The notes under the pieces: model-generated
Told to the model about the DNA's origin: nothing
Database searches by the model: none
The model's input: only the letters and a program-made list of their open reading frames with translations
Position numbers and translations under genes: made by a program
NCBI GenBank assembly: GCA_048882325.1
Contig: JBHLRS010000013.1
Coordinates: 7,668 to 71,667, forward strand
Reading direction: 5' to 3'
Length of the DNA: 64,000 nucleotides
From: Candidatus Thorarchaeota archaeon
GTDB taxonomy: Archaea; Asgardarchaeota; Thorarchaeia; Thorarchaeales; Thorarchaeaceae
Shown: positions 1 through 8,690 of the stretch, one piece after another
Position numbering within the stretch: position 1 is the first letter of the stretch
Layout: every line of letters begins with the position of its first letter

Positions 1-492
1 GTCTGCTACAACAACATAATCAGGAAAAAGGCCCTGCTTTTTCAGATGTTCTTTCAGCTCACCAGCGCCTTGTCGTCCACCAATCTCCTCATCTCCTGAT
101 GTCGCAATCATCACAGTACACGGAAAGTCTGATCCAGCCAGTTTCTCAGCCAGAAGCAAGAGTGTAACAATGTTTCCCTTGTCATCACATGTACCCCTTC
201 CATAAGCTCGATCACCATCGACATTCAACTTCAATGGATCTGAAGCCCATCCTTCCCCAAAGGGTACAACATCGAAATGAGCTAGGAATAAAATCTTGAA
301 TGTACCATGACCTCGACGAGCAAGCGTAGTGTAGTAGCCATTGGACTCAAGAATCTCAGTGTGAAACCCATAATCACTCAGAATGCTGTTAATGTATTCA
401 GGACACTCTTTTGTGGGGCGTGTGTCACCATCATTTCTTGTGTCAAATCCAACAAGCTTCCCCAGAAGTTCGAGAGGATCCAGCGTCATCAT
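1..492 (-). CDS. M20-family metallopeptidase/deacylase (ArgE/DapE-like), N-terminal 164 codons; gene continues off the left edge
   Basis: Not in the ORF track because there is no stop inside the window. Reverse translation from ATG at 492-490 gives MMTLDPLELLGKLVGFDTRNDG...FLAHFDVVPFGEGWASDP...AYGRGTCDDKGNIV...ATSGDEEIGG. These are the H-x-D, DDKG and GDEE motifs of M20 peptidases. The frame stays open to base 1. Confidence 0.8.
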   Translation of the reverse strand, partial: MMTLDPLELLGKLVGFDTRNDGDTRPTKECPEYINSILSDYGFHTEILESNGYYTTLARRGHGTFKILFLAHFDVVPFGEGWASDPLKLNVDGDRAYGRGTCDDKGNIVTLLLLAEKLAGSDFPCTVMIATSGDEEIGGRQGAGELKEHLKKQGLFPDYVVVAD

Positions 493-547
493 AATCAAAT
501 TACAACCGAACTAATTGAGTCAAAAGTCTATCCACTCGATTGAAAGC

Positions 548-587
548 AAAAAGAAAAAGCTGTGACAAGGGACAGTGTGACTGCCCC
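548..587 (-). terminator. Hairpin plus U-tract downstream of the EF-2 gene
   Basis: On the minus strand, 17 nt after the EF-2 stop (604-606): GGGGCAG-UCACA-CUGUCCC (7 bp including one G-U; plus coords 569-587). Ten nt later comes UUUUUCUUUUU (plus 548-558). Confidence 0.4.
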
Positions 588-603
588 TAGCATCAAGAGC
601 AAT

Positions 604-2817
604 TCAGGTTCTTTTATAGACCCATCTGTTCCAAGAGCTGAGACTTGGCATCTCTTCTGGCATGCTCTTTCTCTTCCGAATTTCGAGGATTATTTCCTCC
701 TGCAGGTTGGTGGGAAGAGGTTCAAAGCCTCTGAATTCGTACCCGAAGAAACTGCGACCTGCTGTTGCACTTCGGAACTCATCAGCGATACCGATAGTTT
801 CGGCAGAGGGTAGTGTGCCCTTCACAGTGACAGCATCCTCCTCACCCTCGATTGTGACAATCTGACCTCTATGACCCGTAAGGACCTTAATCACAGCACC
901 CTGTGTGTCAGTAGGAGTTTTGATATCAGCATTGAGGACCGGCTCGTATATGCCAGGTCTTCCCGTTAGGAAGCCCATGTTGAGACCAGCGCTCACCATC
1001 GTAGCGACTTCATTGTATCCTGTGTGCGCAGGGTCTGTGTGAACTGTTGCATCTGTGAGCACAACCTTGACACCCATCACTGGCTCCTTTGCAATTGGGC
1101 CACTGTCGATGAACTCTCTGAATGTTGTCTGTAGATAGGAGAAGATCCTGTCGAATCGTTGGACACCACTCATAGCATCCACAAGCATTGATGATTCATA
1201 GATGTCGAGAATCTTTCGGGCCTCCTTCGCATCCCATCCGGCCTCGTCTCGTAGAATTGCTGCACGCTCACGATCAGGCATTTCAGCTGTGATTCGCTTC
1301 TTCTTGATCAGCTCAACTGTCTTCTCATCGAGGGGCTCCAAGTACATTCGAATCCTGTTGTGACCATTTGGTGACTTTGTGTGGAACTCATCACCGCGTT
1401 CAGTCATCTTCTCACGATACACAATGATAGGCTCTGAAACTGTAATCTTGACTTGTTCGTTGATTCTCTTTGTGAGGATTTCGATCTGCAGTGGGTCAAT
1501 TCCATCCAGCCGATACTCTCCTGATTCCTTGTCATGCACGAACCTAGCTGTCGGATCAGCCATAATCCACTTGGATACTACTTCACCAAGCTTTGCGATA
1601 TCCTGTGGGTCAACTGGCTTGATGCTTCGACTAACGACAGGTTCACTAACGTACTCTATGGCCTCAAAGCCCTTCATATCAGAACCTGGTGCAACAAACG
1701 ACTCACCACTTGGACACATAAATCCGAAGACTGAGAACAGGTTGCCTGCAGGAACCTCATCCATGTCTAGAATGTCTGTGATCTCTTGCACACCAAGACG
1801 CTTGACTTTAGCATTTTGGCGCATGTTAACAAGTGAGATTTCCTGTCCAGACTTGATGGTTCCAGAGAATACCCGACCGATCAGCGTTGGTCTCTTGCTC
1901 TTCGGGTCCACGAAAATCTTAGTGATCATTCCGCAGAGAGGACCTTTAGGATCAACATTCAAGAGCGCTTTTCCCTCAGGACTGTCTAGGTCACCTGTCC
2001 AGATTCTCGGGATCTTGTACTGCTGCGCCTCCTTTGGATCTGGTAGGTGTTTCACGATCATCTCGAGCAGTGCGTCATCGAGTGGCAGGTTCTCTCTTAG
2101 CCACATCTCATCGCCCTCATTGTACTTCTCAAAGACAACTGTTGGTTTGATGTCTTTCTTCTCAAGGGTCTTCATCGTGAATGCCCAACCTGTCTTTGCA
2201 CTACCGATGGCAACACTTCCATCCTGGAAATTGACCTTCCAATCTTTGCCATAGCCCTCAGGTGCGACCTTCTTAATCAGTTGGTTGACCTTTGCAATGA
2301 TGATGTCAATACGCTCGTAGACTTTAGCTGGCGGGAGTTTGAGCTCGTTGATGAGTCTGTCTACTTTGTTAACGAACAAAACAGGCTTGCACGCCTCTCC
2401 ACCAACTGCCAAGCGAATGTTTGTTTCTGTCTGTGTCATCACGCCTTCCAGAGCATCGACTAGAATGACAGCACCATCACTGGCACGCAGTGCTCTAGAA
2501 ACCTCGCCAGTGAATGACAAGTGTCCTGGTGTGTCAGACAGCTGTACTAGGTATTCTTCTCCATCAATTTCGAAGTTGAGCAGCACGACTGATGTGAAGA
2601 TGGTGATGCCACGCTCCTGTTCCTCTTCATCTGAGTCAGTCATCAGTGCCTGTCCAGCGGCTGCGTCGGACATCAGACCAGCACGACGCATCAGATAGTC
2701 AGTGGTCGTAGTCTTGCCATGGTCAATATGTGCACTGATAGAGATGATTCTCTTGTGTTTATAATCGTCTGATAGGATGAGCCTCTTGATTGCACCTGGC
2801 TCTTTGATCTTAACCAT
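604..2817 (-). CDS. fusA: Translation elongation factor 2 (aEF-2) family GTPase, with divergent domain IV tip
   Basis: G motifs AHIDHGKTT, DTPGH and NKVDR; EF-2-like over its full length (LPDPKEAQQYKIPRIW, SEPVVSRSIKP, SEPIIVYREK, KSPNGHNR). The ORF track extends to 2871, but the start is more likely ATG 2817 (MVKIKEPG) with GGAG about 10 nt upstream. Confidence 0.9.
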   Translation of the reverse strand: MVKIKEPGAIKRLILSDDYKHKRIISISAHIDHGKTTTTDYLMRRAGLMSDAAAGQALMTDSDEEEQERGITIFTSVVLLNFEIDGEEYLVQLSDTPGHLSFTGEVSRALRASDGAVILVDALEGVMTQTETNIRLAVGGEACKPVLFVNKVDRLINELKLPPAKVYERIDIIIAKVNQLIKKVAPEGYGKDWKVNFQDGSVAIGSAKTGWAFTMKTLEKKDIKPTVVFEKYNEGDEMWLRENLPLDDALLEMIVKHLPDPKEAQQYKIPRIWTGDLDSPEGKALLNVDPKGPLCGMITKIFVDPKSKRPTLIGRVFSGTIKSGQEISLVNMRQNAKVKRLGVQEITDILDMDEVPAGNLFSVFGFMCPSGESFVAPGSDMKGFEAIEYVSEPVVSRSIKPVDPQDIAKLGEVVSKWIMADPTARFVHDKESGEYRLDGIDPLQIEILTKRINEQVKITVSEPIIVYREKMTERGDEFHTKSPNGHNRIRMYLEPLDEKTVELIKKKRITAEMPDRERAAILRDEAGWDAKEARKILDIYESSMLVDAMSGVQRFDRIFSYLQTTFREFIDSGPIAKEPVMGVKVVLTDATVHTDPAHTGYNEVATMVSAGLNMGFLTGRPGIYEPVLNADIKTPTDTQGAVIKVLTGHRGQIVTIEGEEDAVTVKGTLPSAETIGIADEFRSATAGRSFFGYEFRGFEPLPTNLQEEIILEIRKRKSMPEEMPSLSSWNRWVYKRT

Positions 2818-3002
2818 TAAGGACGTCTCCTTGTTTCTTTGTTGGCCCCTCGTGATTTTGTTCGATAGCATATCCCCAACAGTCCATTATCACACGAGAG
2901 AACTCGTTGGGGTCACCGGCGGCCTCACCGGTGGCTTGCGCGACCTCGCGAGTGGATGATTAAAAGTATTTCTACAGGGGAATAACTGATAGTTCTCTAG
3001 TT

Positions 3003-3407
3003 TCAGGTTTCTTTGAAACGCATGCACAGAATAATCAACAATATAGTAGTCATAAAGAGTAGTATAGGAAGAATGGTGATTAAATCAAATTGCCTTCGAT
3101 TGAATAACAAGTCCCATATCACCAGATATGCAATCACGATGCTAAATGCAGCCCAAGTTTCTATTCTTTGCCTATATGCAGCTATCGTGTGATCGTTTCT
3201 TGATAACCAAACAGATATTGTACCCATGCTACCGAATAGAATCGAGGCAAACAGAGCGTAAATATTTGGATTAGACCTCGTAGCAGCAAAGTAAGCATCT
3301 AATGCGAACCAATAGAGAACCAACGCATGAAGGAAAAGTGCTCCATCTATGTATTTCTTCATGATATTCTGATTATCTTTCATGGTACACCACATAAGCA
3401 GATTCAT
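3003..3407 (-). CDS. Hypothetical membrane protein (about 4 TM segments)
   Basis: 134-aa ORF with hydrophobic segments. It abuts the stop of the upstream methyltransferase gene (3408), which suggests co-transcription. Confidence 0.55.
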   Translation of the reverse strand: MNLLMWCTMKDNQNIMKKYIDGALFLHALVLYWFALDAYFAATRSNPNIYALFASILFGSMGTISVWLSRNDHTIAAYRQRIETWAAFSIVIAYLVIWDLLFNRRQFDLITILPILLFMTTILLIILCMRFKET

Positions 3408-4187
3408 TCATCGGTGTGCGACAACCACCATGCGCTCAGAGTTCGATGAATAGGGGAGTCGCGGGAGATAGTGCTGCCCGTAGAAGTCCACCTTTGTGAA
3501 TCCAACCTCCTCGAGCATCTCACGAATCTCAAGGGCTGTGTACATCCGGATATCGTTGTTTGCGAGGGCATCTTGATCCATCAACACCATGCGGTCGTTT
3601 TCTGTGTCGATGAACATAGCAGGTCGGCCAGTGAGGACACCCGCTGGTGCATCAAGCACGTGAGGCTCGTTCAGCAGGAACCCTCCCTCGAGCTGGGTCC
3701 AGGTCTTCAGGAATCTTGGCAGGTTGTATGGGTTCATGAGGTCAAGCAGTAGACAGCCTTTTTTCTTAAGGGCCTTGAAGACCCCTTTGAGGACCCTGTA
3801 GTTCTCCTCATGGTTGAAGAAGCCAAAGCTGTGACTCAACAGGACTGCACCATCAAACTGGTCCTCGAAGGTCATGTCACGCATGTCTCCAGGAAAGAAG
3901 TTCACCTTAGCCTTCTCCTCCTTCGATCGTTCCGTTGCCACATCAATGAGTGACTGGGCGATGTCGAAGGCCGTGACCTTGAGACCTCGCTTGGCAAACT
4001 CAATCGAGTGGTCACCAGCACCGCAGGCAATGTCGAGGATCTCTTCTCCTTTCTTCAGCCCCAAGACCTCCATGGTGAAATCAACTAGAAGCTTGTCGAA
4101 CTGTTCAATTCCTTGAAGTGCTCGACGGTGTTTGACCCTGAATATCTCAGCCCAGAACTCATTCCAGCCAAGCTCGACCTTTTCCAT
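3408..4187 (-). CDS. Class I SAM-dependent methyltransferase
   Basis: Motif I ILDIACGAGDHS, an acidic residue after beta-2 (VTAFDIA), and motif FPGDMRDM. Confidence 0.85.
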   Translation of the reverse strand: MEKVELGWNEFWAEIFRVKHRRALQGIEQFDKLLVDFTMEVLGLKKGEEILDIACGAGDHSIEFAKRGLKVTAFDIAQSLIDVATERSKEEKAKVNFFPGDMRDMTFEDQFDGAVLLSHSFGFFNHEENYRVLKGVFKALKKKGCLLLDLMNPYNLPRFLKTWTQLEGGFLLNEPHVLDAPAGVLTGRPAMFIDTENDRMVLMDQDALANNDIRMYTALEIREMLEEVGFTKVDFYGQHYLPRLPYSSNSERMVVVAHR

Positions 4188-4299
4188 GTGTCACACTTCC
4201 ATTCGTTGCGGTGAGTTGACTTGGATATGAAGATTGTCATGATGAGAATCGAATACGTGTATCTCCATTCGAGAAGACAGTCATGTGAGTGATTGAGTA

Positions 4300-4542
4300 T
4301 TGAAACTTAAACTACAACCCATGAAGCAAAGAGGAGGTCTTCTATCTAAGGCTGTGTTTGGTGTGTTTGCAATCAATCCGGAATTTGGAAACTTGATCTG
4401 GGAGTTAAGCCGGAATAGAGGTTATTTCGAAGAGATGTCGGGCCAATTCATAATCTACCAAGAGAAAAGCAGAATCATATTTCTTGAACTCATGCCGGAC
4501 GATGAACTACTTGACACCATTGAGGATGACCTAGATTCATGA
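4300..4542 (+). CDS. Hypothetical small protein
   Basis: 80-aa ORF starting at TTG; an internal ATG lies at 4321. No recognisable motif. Its end overlaps the convergent ORF by 6 nt. Confidence 0.35.
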   Translation: MKLKLQPMKQRGGLLSKAVFGVFAINPEFGNLIWELSRNRGYFEEMSGQFIIYQEKSRIIFLELMPDDELLDTIEDDLDS

Positions 4543-4959
4543 ATCACTAGTTCCCATTTCTTCTTGAACAAACTCAACAGCCTGTATCATCTTAGATGCT
4601 AGATCAGTCACATCCTTGACAACGAGTGTATCAAGTATCTCGTCAACAAGCAAGTCATCAGGTGATACTTCTTTCTTGGGAGGTTCTTCATCCATGTATG
4701 GAAAGTACCTTCGTCGGATATTCTCATCAAGCATGTCTTTCTGAGAACTTGGAGTCTTGGTCATTTTTCTTTGAGATGCCCTTTTCTTCCGTTCTATTGT
4801 CCTCTGTTTTTCTTTCTCAAGCATCATCCGGATGTATTCTTTATCATCCATCTCATTCTGAGACGTTTTACGGACTTCAGTGGGAGGACTGAGGAAGTCA
4901 TCAAGTAATTGTGACACTGAGAACCGGTCAAAGATCCTACGCTTCTTTCCATTCCGCAT
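4537..4959 (-). CDS. Hypothetical Lys/Glu-rich protein
   Basis: 140-aa ORF with a charged, coiled-coil-like composition. No family recognised. Confidence 0.5.
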   Translation of the reverse strand: MRNGKKRRIFDRFSVSQLLDDFLSPPTEVRKTSQNEMDDKEYIRMMLEKEKQRTIERKKRASQRKMTKTPSSQKDMLDENIRRRYFPYMDEEPPKKEVSPDDLLVDEILDTLVVKDVTDLASKMIQAVEFVQEEMGTSDS

Positions 4960-5096
4960 AATCTTGTCCTATCCGTTATGAGCTTCCGCGTGTTTCCTAA
5001 TATAATGCCTTTGAAACAGCACACTTTGTACTAGGGTCTAGAACTCTTCCAGCTTTGGTTGCTTTAGCATAGAATGTGTAAGTCTGAGGGAACAAT

Positions 5097-5116
5097 AAAA
5101 AGCGGAGAGAATCCGC
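5097..5116 (-). terminator. Short hairpin plus U-tract after CDS 5126-5884
   Basis: Minus strand, 9 nt after the TAA stop (5126-5128): GCGGA-UUCUC-UCCGC (plus 5102-5116), followed directly by UUUUUAUUG. Confidence 0.3.
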
Positions 5117-5125
5117 ACCATGAAA

Positions 5126-5884
5126 TTAGCTTGATGATGAATCCTCGGCATCCATTCTAGCATCATCAAGAGCGAGCTGGAGTGCAGTGCGCATAGCACG
5201 GTTGTATTCCTTAATGTCTCCCCTCATTCTGTCTGTCGATTCTCTGATGGCTTTACTTAGCTCCTCATGTCTAAACACCCACGGGGTATCTGTGAAAATG
5301 TGCTCCATTGAATCACGAAGAAGAAGAGTTCGCACGATGTCGAGGGGGTATACACTCGTTCTAATCCCATCAGCAATACGGGGCACTGCTCTCTCTAGAG
5401 CCTTTTGTATCTGTTCATCTTTCCAGATTCTTGGAACATCCTTAATCAAATCTAAAACATACCATGGTTCCGAATGAGTGTCTAGAAGATCACAGTACTC
5501 GTCTATCTCCTGTGCATAGGTAGAGTCTGGTACACTAACCAGCGATTCACCAAGGGCTGCGAGAATAATCGACTTTGACATCCACTCCGGACTTTTTCTC
5601 ACATCTCTATGTACAAGTTTTCCATACATATGACAGAGATATCCAACTATGACACGTATCTCTGGATTCTCACTGAAGAAAGGTATGTTTCCTATCTGTG
5701 GAATCAACTCGGACCACCAGTCTTCCCAGAGACCTTCCACAACAGCCTTTGTCACCTCTGGAAGAACACCTTGAATCATAGGATCTGTAAGGAATTCTGG
5801 ATTCTCCTTAAAGTATGGAATGATTACATCAAGTATTTCTCCATTCTTTATGGCTTGTGAAATATCATCTGGGTTTCTGAACAT
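5126..5884 (-). CDS. Hypothetical helical protein
   Basis: 252-aa ORF with protein-like composition and an acidic C-terminus. No family recognised. Confidence 0.6.
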   Translation of the reverse strand: MFRNPDDISQAIKNGEILDVIIPYFKENPEFLTDPMIQGVLPEVTKAVVEGLWEDWWSELIPQIGNIPFFSENPEIRVIVGYLCHMYGKLVHRDVRKSPEWMSKSIILAALGESLVSVPDSTYAQEIDEYCDLLDTHSEPWYVLDLIKDVPRIWKDEQIQKALERAVPRIADGIRTSVYPLDIVRTLLLRDSMEHIFTDTPWVFRHEELSKAIRESTDRMRGDIKEYNRAMRTALQLALDDARMDAEDSSSS

Positions 5885-6507
5885 TTACCAACAGGGCTCC
5901 ATGCCACATTTCATTACGTTAACAACCTACCTTCACTTCTTCATAGACACCTATTAACTCATCGAGCATTATTTGTGGTTGCAGTAGTTTTTCCAATTCA
6001 TAGTTTCAATGATGCAATGACTGTTGAGATTGGAACATCTATGTTGAGGAATGGTTCATCGATGGCTACTGTTGAGTAATATCCACCAATAGGAAAGGGC
6101 CACTCATTCAGTAATTGTCTACAAGACCTGCCCTGGAATTGTTAATCAGGGTTTCCCCCAAGATTCACCCTAAATGCCATAGAAGAAAATGGAGATGTCC
6201 GCATTTTTTCCTTTCTCCGCCGGGAGGGACGCAGTACAACAGGAAAAACTCGATTGAGCATAACCTGCGGGCTTCTCCACCTGAAATGAAGGCGAGTTCT
6301 CTAAAAAGCCTTTAGGTTGTGCATAAAACTCATAAATTGACGAATTATTGAGGTTCCTTTCTATTTTTCGATTTTTCACTGCAAGAGGTGTTCTGAAGAC
6401 AGAAAAATCAAAAATTCGAGTGATTTTCAAGTCCGAGCTGAGCTGCTAGGTTCATAGACAGTAATATTAGACTGAAATGCAATGCAGAAGGTGTTGGAGG
6501 GTAATGG

Positions 6508-7134
6508 ATGATTTCAGATGAACCAGGTGATTACTACTACGCACCATCAAGACATACTCAACTTTTACTGAGAATTGGAGCCTTTGGGGCATTGGGAAAT
6601 GCGGTTTACTATTCTTGGTATTTTCAAATGGTCACAACAGGAGTTGGTCTGATTTACTGGTCTTATACTGTGAATGAAATTGTGTTCACGATTCTTCATA
6701 TTTCACTAGCTATGGGTCTAATTGGCATACTATTGAAGTATAATAGCGGAATTCCCCTTGCCTTTCTTACAGCTGCTGTCTTTCTAATACCAACAGTTCA
6801 GGATGTGCTTGATTTGTATTTTGAGATTTACGTTAATCTGGCAATTGGTTTTGCAGCCTTCACAATCGTAGCCTTAGTTTTGCTGTTGTTCATCCGTAAT
6901 CGAGTGAAGAGCATAAGGCTACTTTCTCTATTCACAATCGTCATGGTAGCATCAAGGATTGGTCCATACTTTCTGCGTGAAGCGTTATTTGAGATCTTTC
7001 CAACAACAGGAGGGTCTTTTCTCTACATGACTATACTGATAGGTCCATACTGGGCATTCCTTTCAGTGTTCTATCTACTAGGATTCGCCTTGTTCCGTTG
7101 GGAATCAATAGATGAACAGACATCATGGAGATAG
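6508..7134 (+). CDS. Hypothetical polytopic membrane protein (paralog 1 of a tandem pair)
   Basis: 208 aa with 5-6 TM segments and GGAGGG upstream of the ATG. Clearly similar to the next ORF (GLIGILLKYNSGIPLAFLTAAVFLIP versus GFLGFLLKYQSPFAFQATFVFLIP). Confidence 0.7.
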   Translation: MISDEPGDYYYAPSRHTQLLLRIGAFGALGNAVYYSWYFQMVTTGVGLIYWSYTVNEIVFTILHISLAMGLIGILLKYNSGIPLAFLTAAVFLIPTVQDVLDLYFEIYVNLAIGFAAFTIVALVLLLFIRNRVKSIRLLSLFTIVMVASRIGPYFLREALFEIFPTTGGSFLYMTILIGPYWAFLSVFYLLGFALFRWESIDEQTSWR

Positions 7135-7141
7135 GTATTTC

Positions 7142-7735
7142 ATGAGCCCGGAAGAAACACTCAATGCAGAAGGCTACAAAGCTACTGACCACCATAATCG
7201 GCTCATGGGTTGGGGTATGTTGGGTGCATTGGTATATGCCATCTATTACTCAATATATTCCGAGATGTCTGTCAAGAACTTACTACCATACTGGTTGTTC
7301 TTGCTGACAAACACAATCAGCACAGTTCTCACTTTAGCTATAGCCTTGGGTTTTCTTGGATTTCTTTTGAAGTATCAGAGTCCCTTTGCATTTCAAGCAA
7401 CATTTGTATTTCTCATTCCGAGAATCATAGGTTTGCTTCCATTCCCAAAGAATCTGTATATTGGATTAGGAATCAATACTGTGTCTTACACTGTTGTAGC
7501 AATAATTCTTTGGACCACTCGCAGTCATGTGAAAAATCCTAAGACGCTCCTTGTACTTGCCATCACCATGGTAACTCTGAGTATAGGCCCCTTTTTCCTC
7601 CAATACATTTTGAGTCCATTCTACACCTCAGAGCAGGACTTAGTCGGACGAGCCATTTTACTGGGGCCCTATTGGATAGTCCGCTCATTGTTCTATGTTC
7701 TAGCATTTTCGTTGTTCGATACGGAGCTGACATAA
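7142..7735 (+). CDS. Hypothetical polytopic membrane protein (paralog 2)
   Basis: The ORF track starts at 7112, overlapping paralog 1. ATG 7142 (MSPEETL) aligns with the N-terminus of paralog 1 and lies 8 nt after its stop. Confidence 0.7.
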   Translation: MSPEETLNAEGYKATDHHNRLMGWGMLGALVYAIYYSIYSEMSVKNLLPYWLFLLTNTISTVLTLAIALGFLGFLLKYQSPFAFQATFVFLIPRIIGLLPFPKNLYIGLGINTVSYTVVAIILWTTRSHVKNPKTLLVLAITMVTLSIGPFFLQYILSPFYTSEQDLVGRAILLGPYWIVRSLFYVLAFSLFDTELT

Positions 7736-7757
7736 TATCAAACACGTCAGAAGTAGG

Positions 7758-7833
7758 TGGTAGCTCCGCCAGGATTTGAACCTAGGTCCGGTGGGCCAGA
7801 ACCACCGATGCTGGACCACTACACCACGGAGCT
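7758..7833 (-). tRNA. tRNA-Gln (anticodon CUG), CCA encoded, no intron
   Basis: Hand-folded 76-nt cloverleaf. Acceptor AGCUCCG/CGGAGCU; D stem GUGU/GCAU; anticodon stem GGUGG/CCACC with loop UUCUGGC; T stem CUAGG/CCUGG with loop UUCAAAU; discriminator A followed by CCA. An A1-U72 start is typical of archaeal tRNA-Gln. Confidence 0.9.
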
Positions 7834-7949
7834 ATTGATGCGGAACACCGCATGGCTCGGGAGTTGCTCAGGGCATTTTTCATCTTTTCGGTCTGGAGCG
7901 TGAGCAAGACGCCTTCTTTATTAGCAAGCTTGCGTCAAACCAGCGCGAT

Positions 7950-8690
7950 TTGAAAATGCCATACTGGTCTGAACTCACACACGGAAATTTTGCAAAGGCA
8001 GCTAGTGAAACCGAAGTGGTAGTCATGATGACAGGAGCCCTGGAGGCTCATGGGAAACATCTTCCACTCGGGACAGATTCTATGCTACCTGAGTTCCTTG
8101 GACAGAAGCTTGCTGAGAAGACGAAGGCATTGGTCCTTCCAGTAATCCCCTTTGGGGAGAGCTGGAACTTTGACAAGTACGAGGGGACCATATCGATCAA
8201 GTCCGATGTGTTGGTTGATTACTATAGGTCTGTCATGAAGGCTGTGTTCAAACATGGTTTCAGGTACATCATAGCATTGAATGGTCATGGAGGAAATGAT
8301 TCTATTCTAAGGCAAGCAGCCAAAAAAGCCACTCGAAAAGATGAGCGGGTGGTAATCATTGTGAATTGGTGGAGAGATCTTGCCAAATCAGCACGAACAC
8401 TGGTAGAGGAGAGTCCAGGAGGACATGGTGCTGAAGATGAAACCTCAGAGGTCATGCATGTGAGGCCAGATCTTGTGGACATGTCGAGAGCAGAGGCACA
8501 TCGCGTTGAGACCAAATTCACCATTATCTCAGGAGCTTATCGGGGCGAACTGCTCCCATCTGCCATGTATGGTGATCCGACAAAAGCATCTGAGGAGAAA
8601 GGCAGACTCATCATGGAGCAAGCGGAGGAGGAACTGGTTGAACTGGTCCATCGATTAGAGAAAGGACAACTCCCCTTAGGAAGTGATTAG
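7950..8690 (+). CDS. Creatininase-family amidohydrolase (creatinine amidohydrolase / ArfB-like)
   Basis: EAHGKHLPLGTD, IIALNGHGGN and GGHGAEDETS motifs typical of the creatininase fold. The start may be ATG 7956. Confidence 0.75.
   Translation: MKMPYWSELTHGNFAKAASETEVVVMMTGALEAHGKHLPLGTDSMLPEFLGQKLAEKTKALVLPVIPFGESWNFDKYEGTISIKSDVLVDYYRSVMKAVFKHGFRYIIALNGHGGNDSILRQAAKKATRKDERVVIIVNWWRDLAKSARTLVEESPGGHGAEDETSEVMHVRPDLVDMSRAEAHRVETKFTIISGAYRGELLPSAMYGDPTKASEEKGRLIMEQAEEELVELVHRLEKGQLPLGSD

Noticed and set aside
307-543. 78-aa plus-strand ORF at the left edge
   Set aside because: It lies antisense to a clearly homologous M20 peptidase reading frame (minus strand, 1-492), and its sequence is not protein-like. 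It is a shadow ORF.
1379-2698. Several plus-strand ORFs (1379-2254, 1534-1734, 2281-2463, 2339-2698) inside the EF-2 gene
   Set aside because: They are antisense shadows of a strongly conserved CDS. Their translations are Ser/Pro/Cys-rich and match no motif.
6191-6283. Possible tRNA-Sec (about 93 nt, long acceptor-like helix followed by ACC)
   Set aside because: No 7-nt anticodon loop with UCA, no T-loop (UUCRAAU) and no D-arm could be drawn. The internal hairpins have 4-nt loops and the 3' end is ACCU, not ACCA. It is kept only as a generic structured element.
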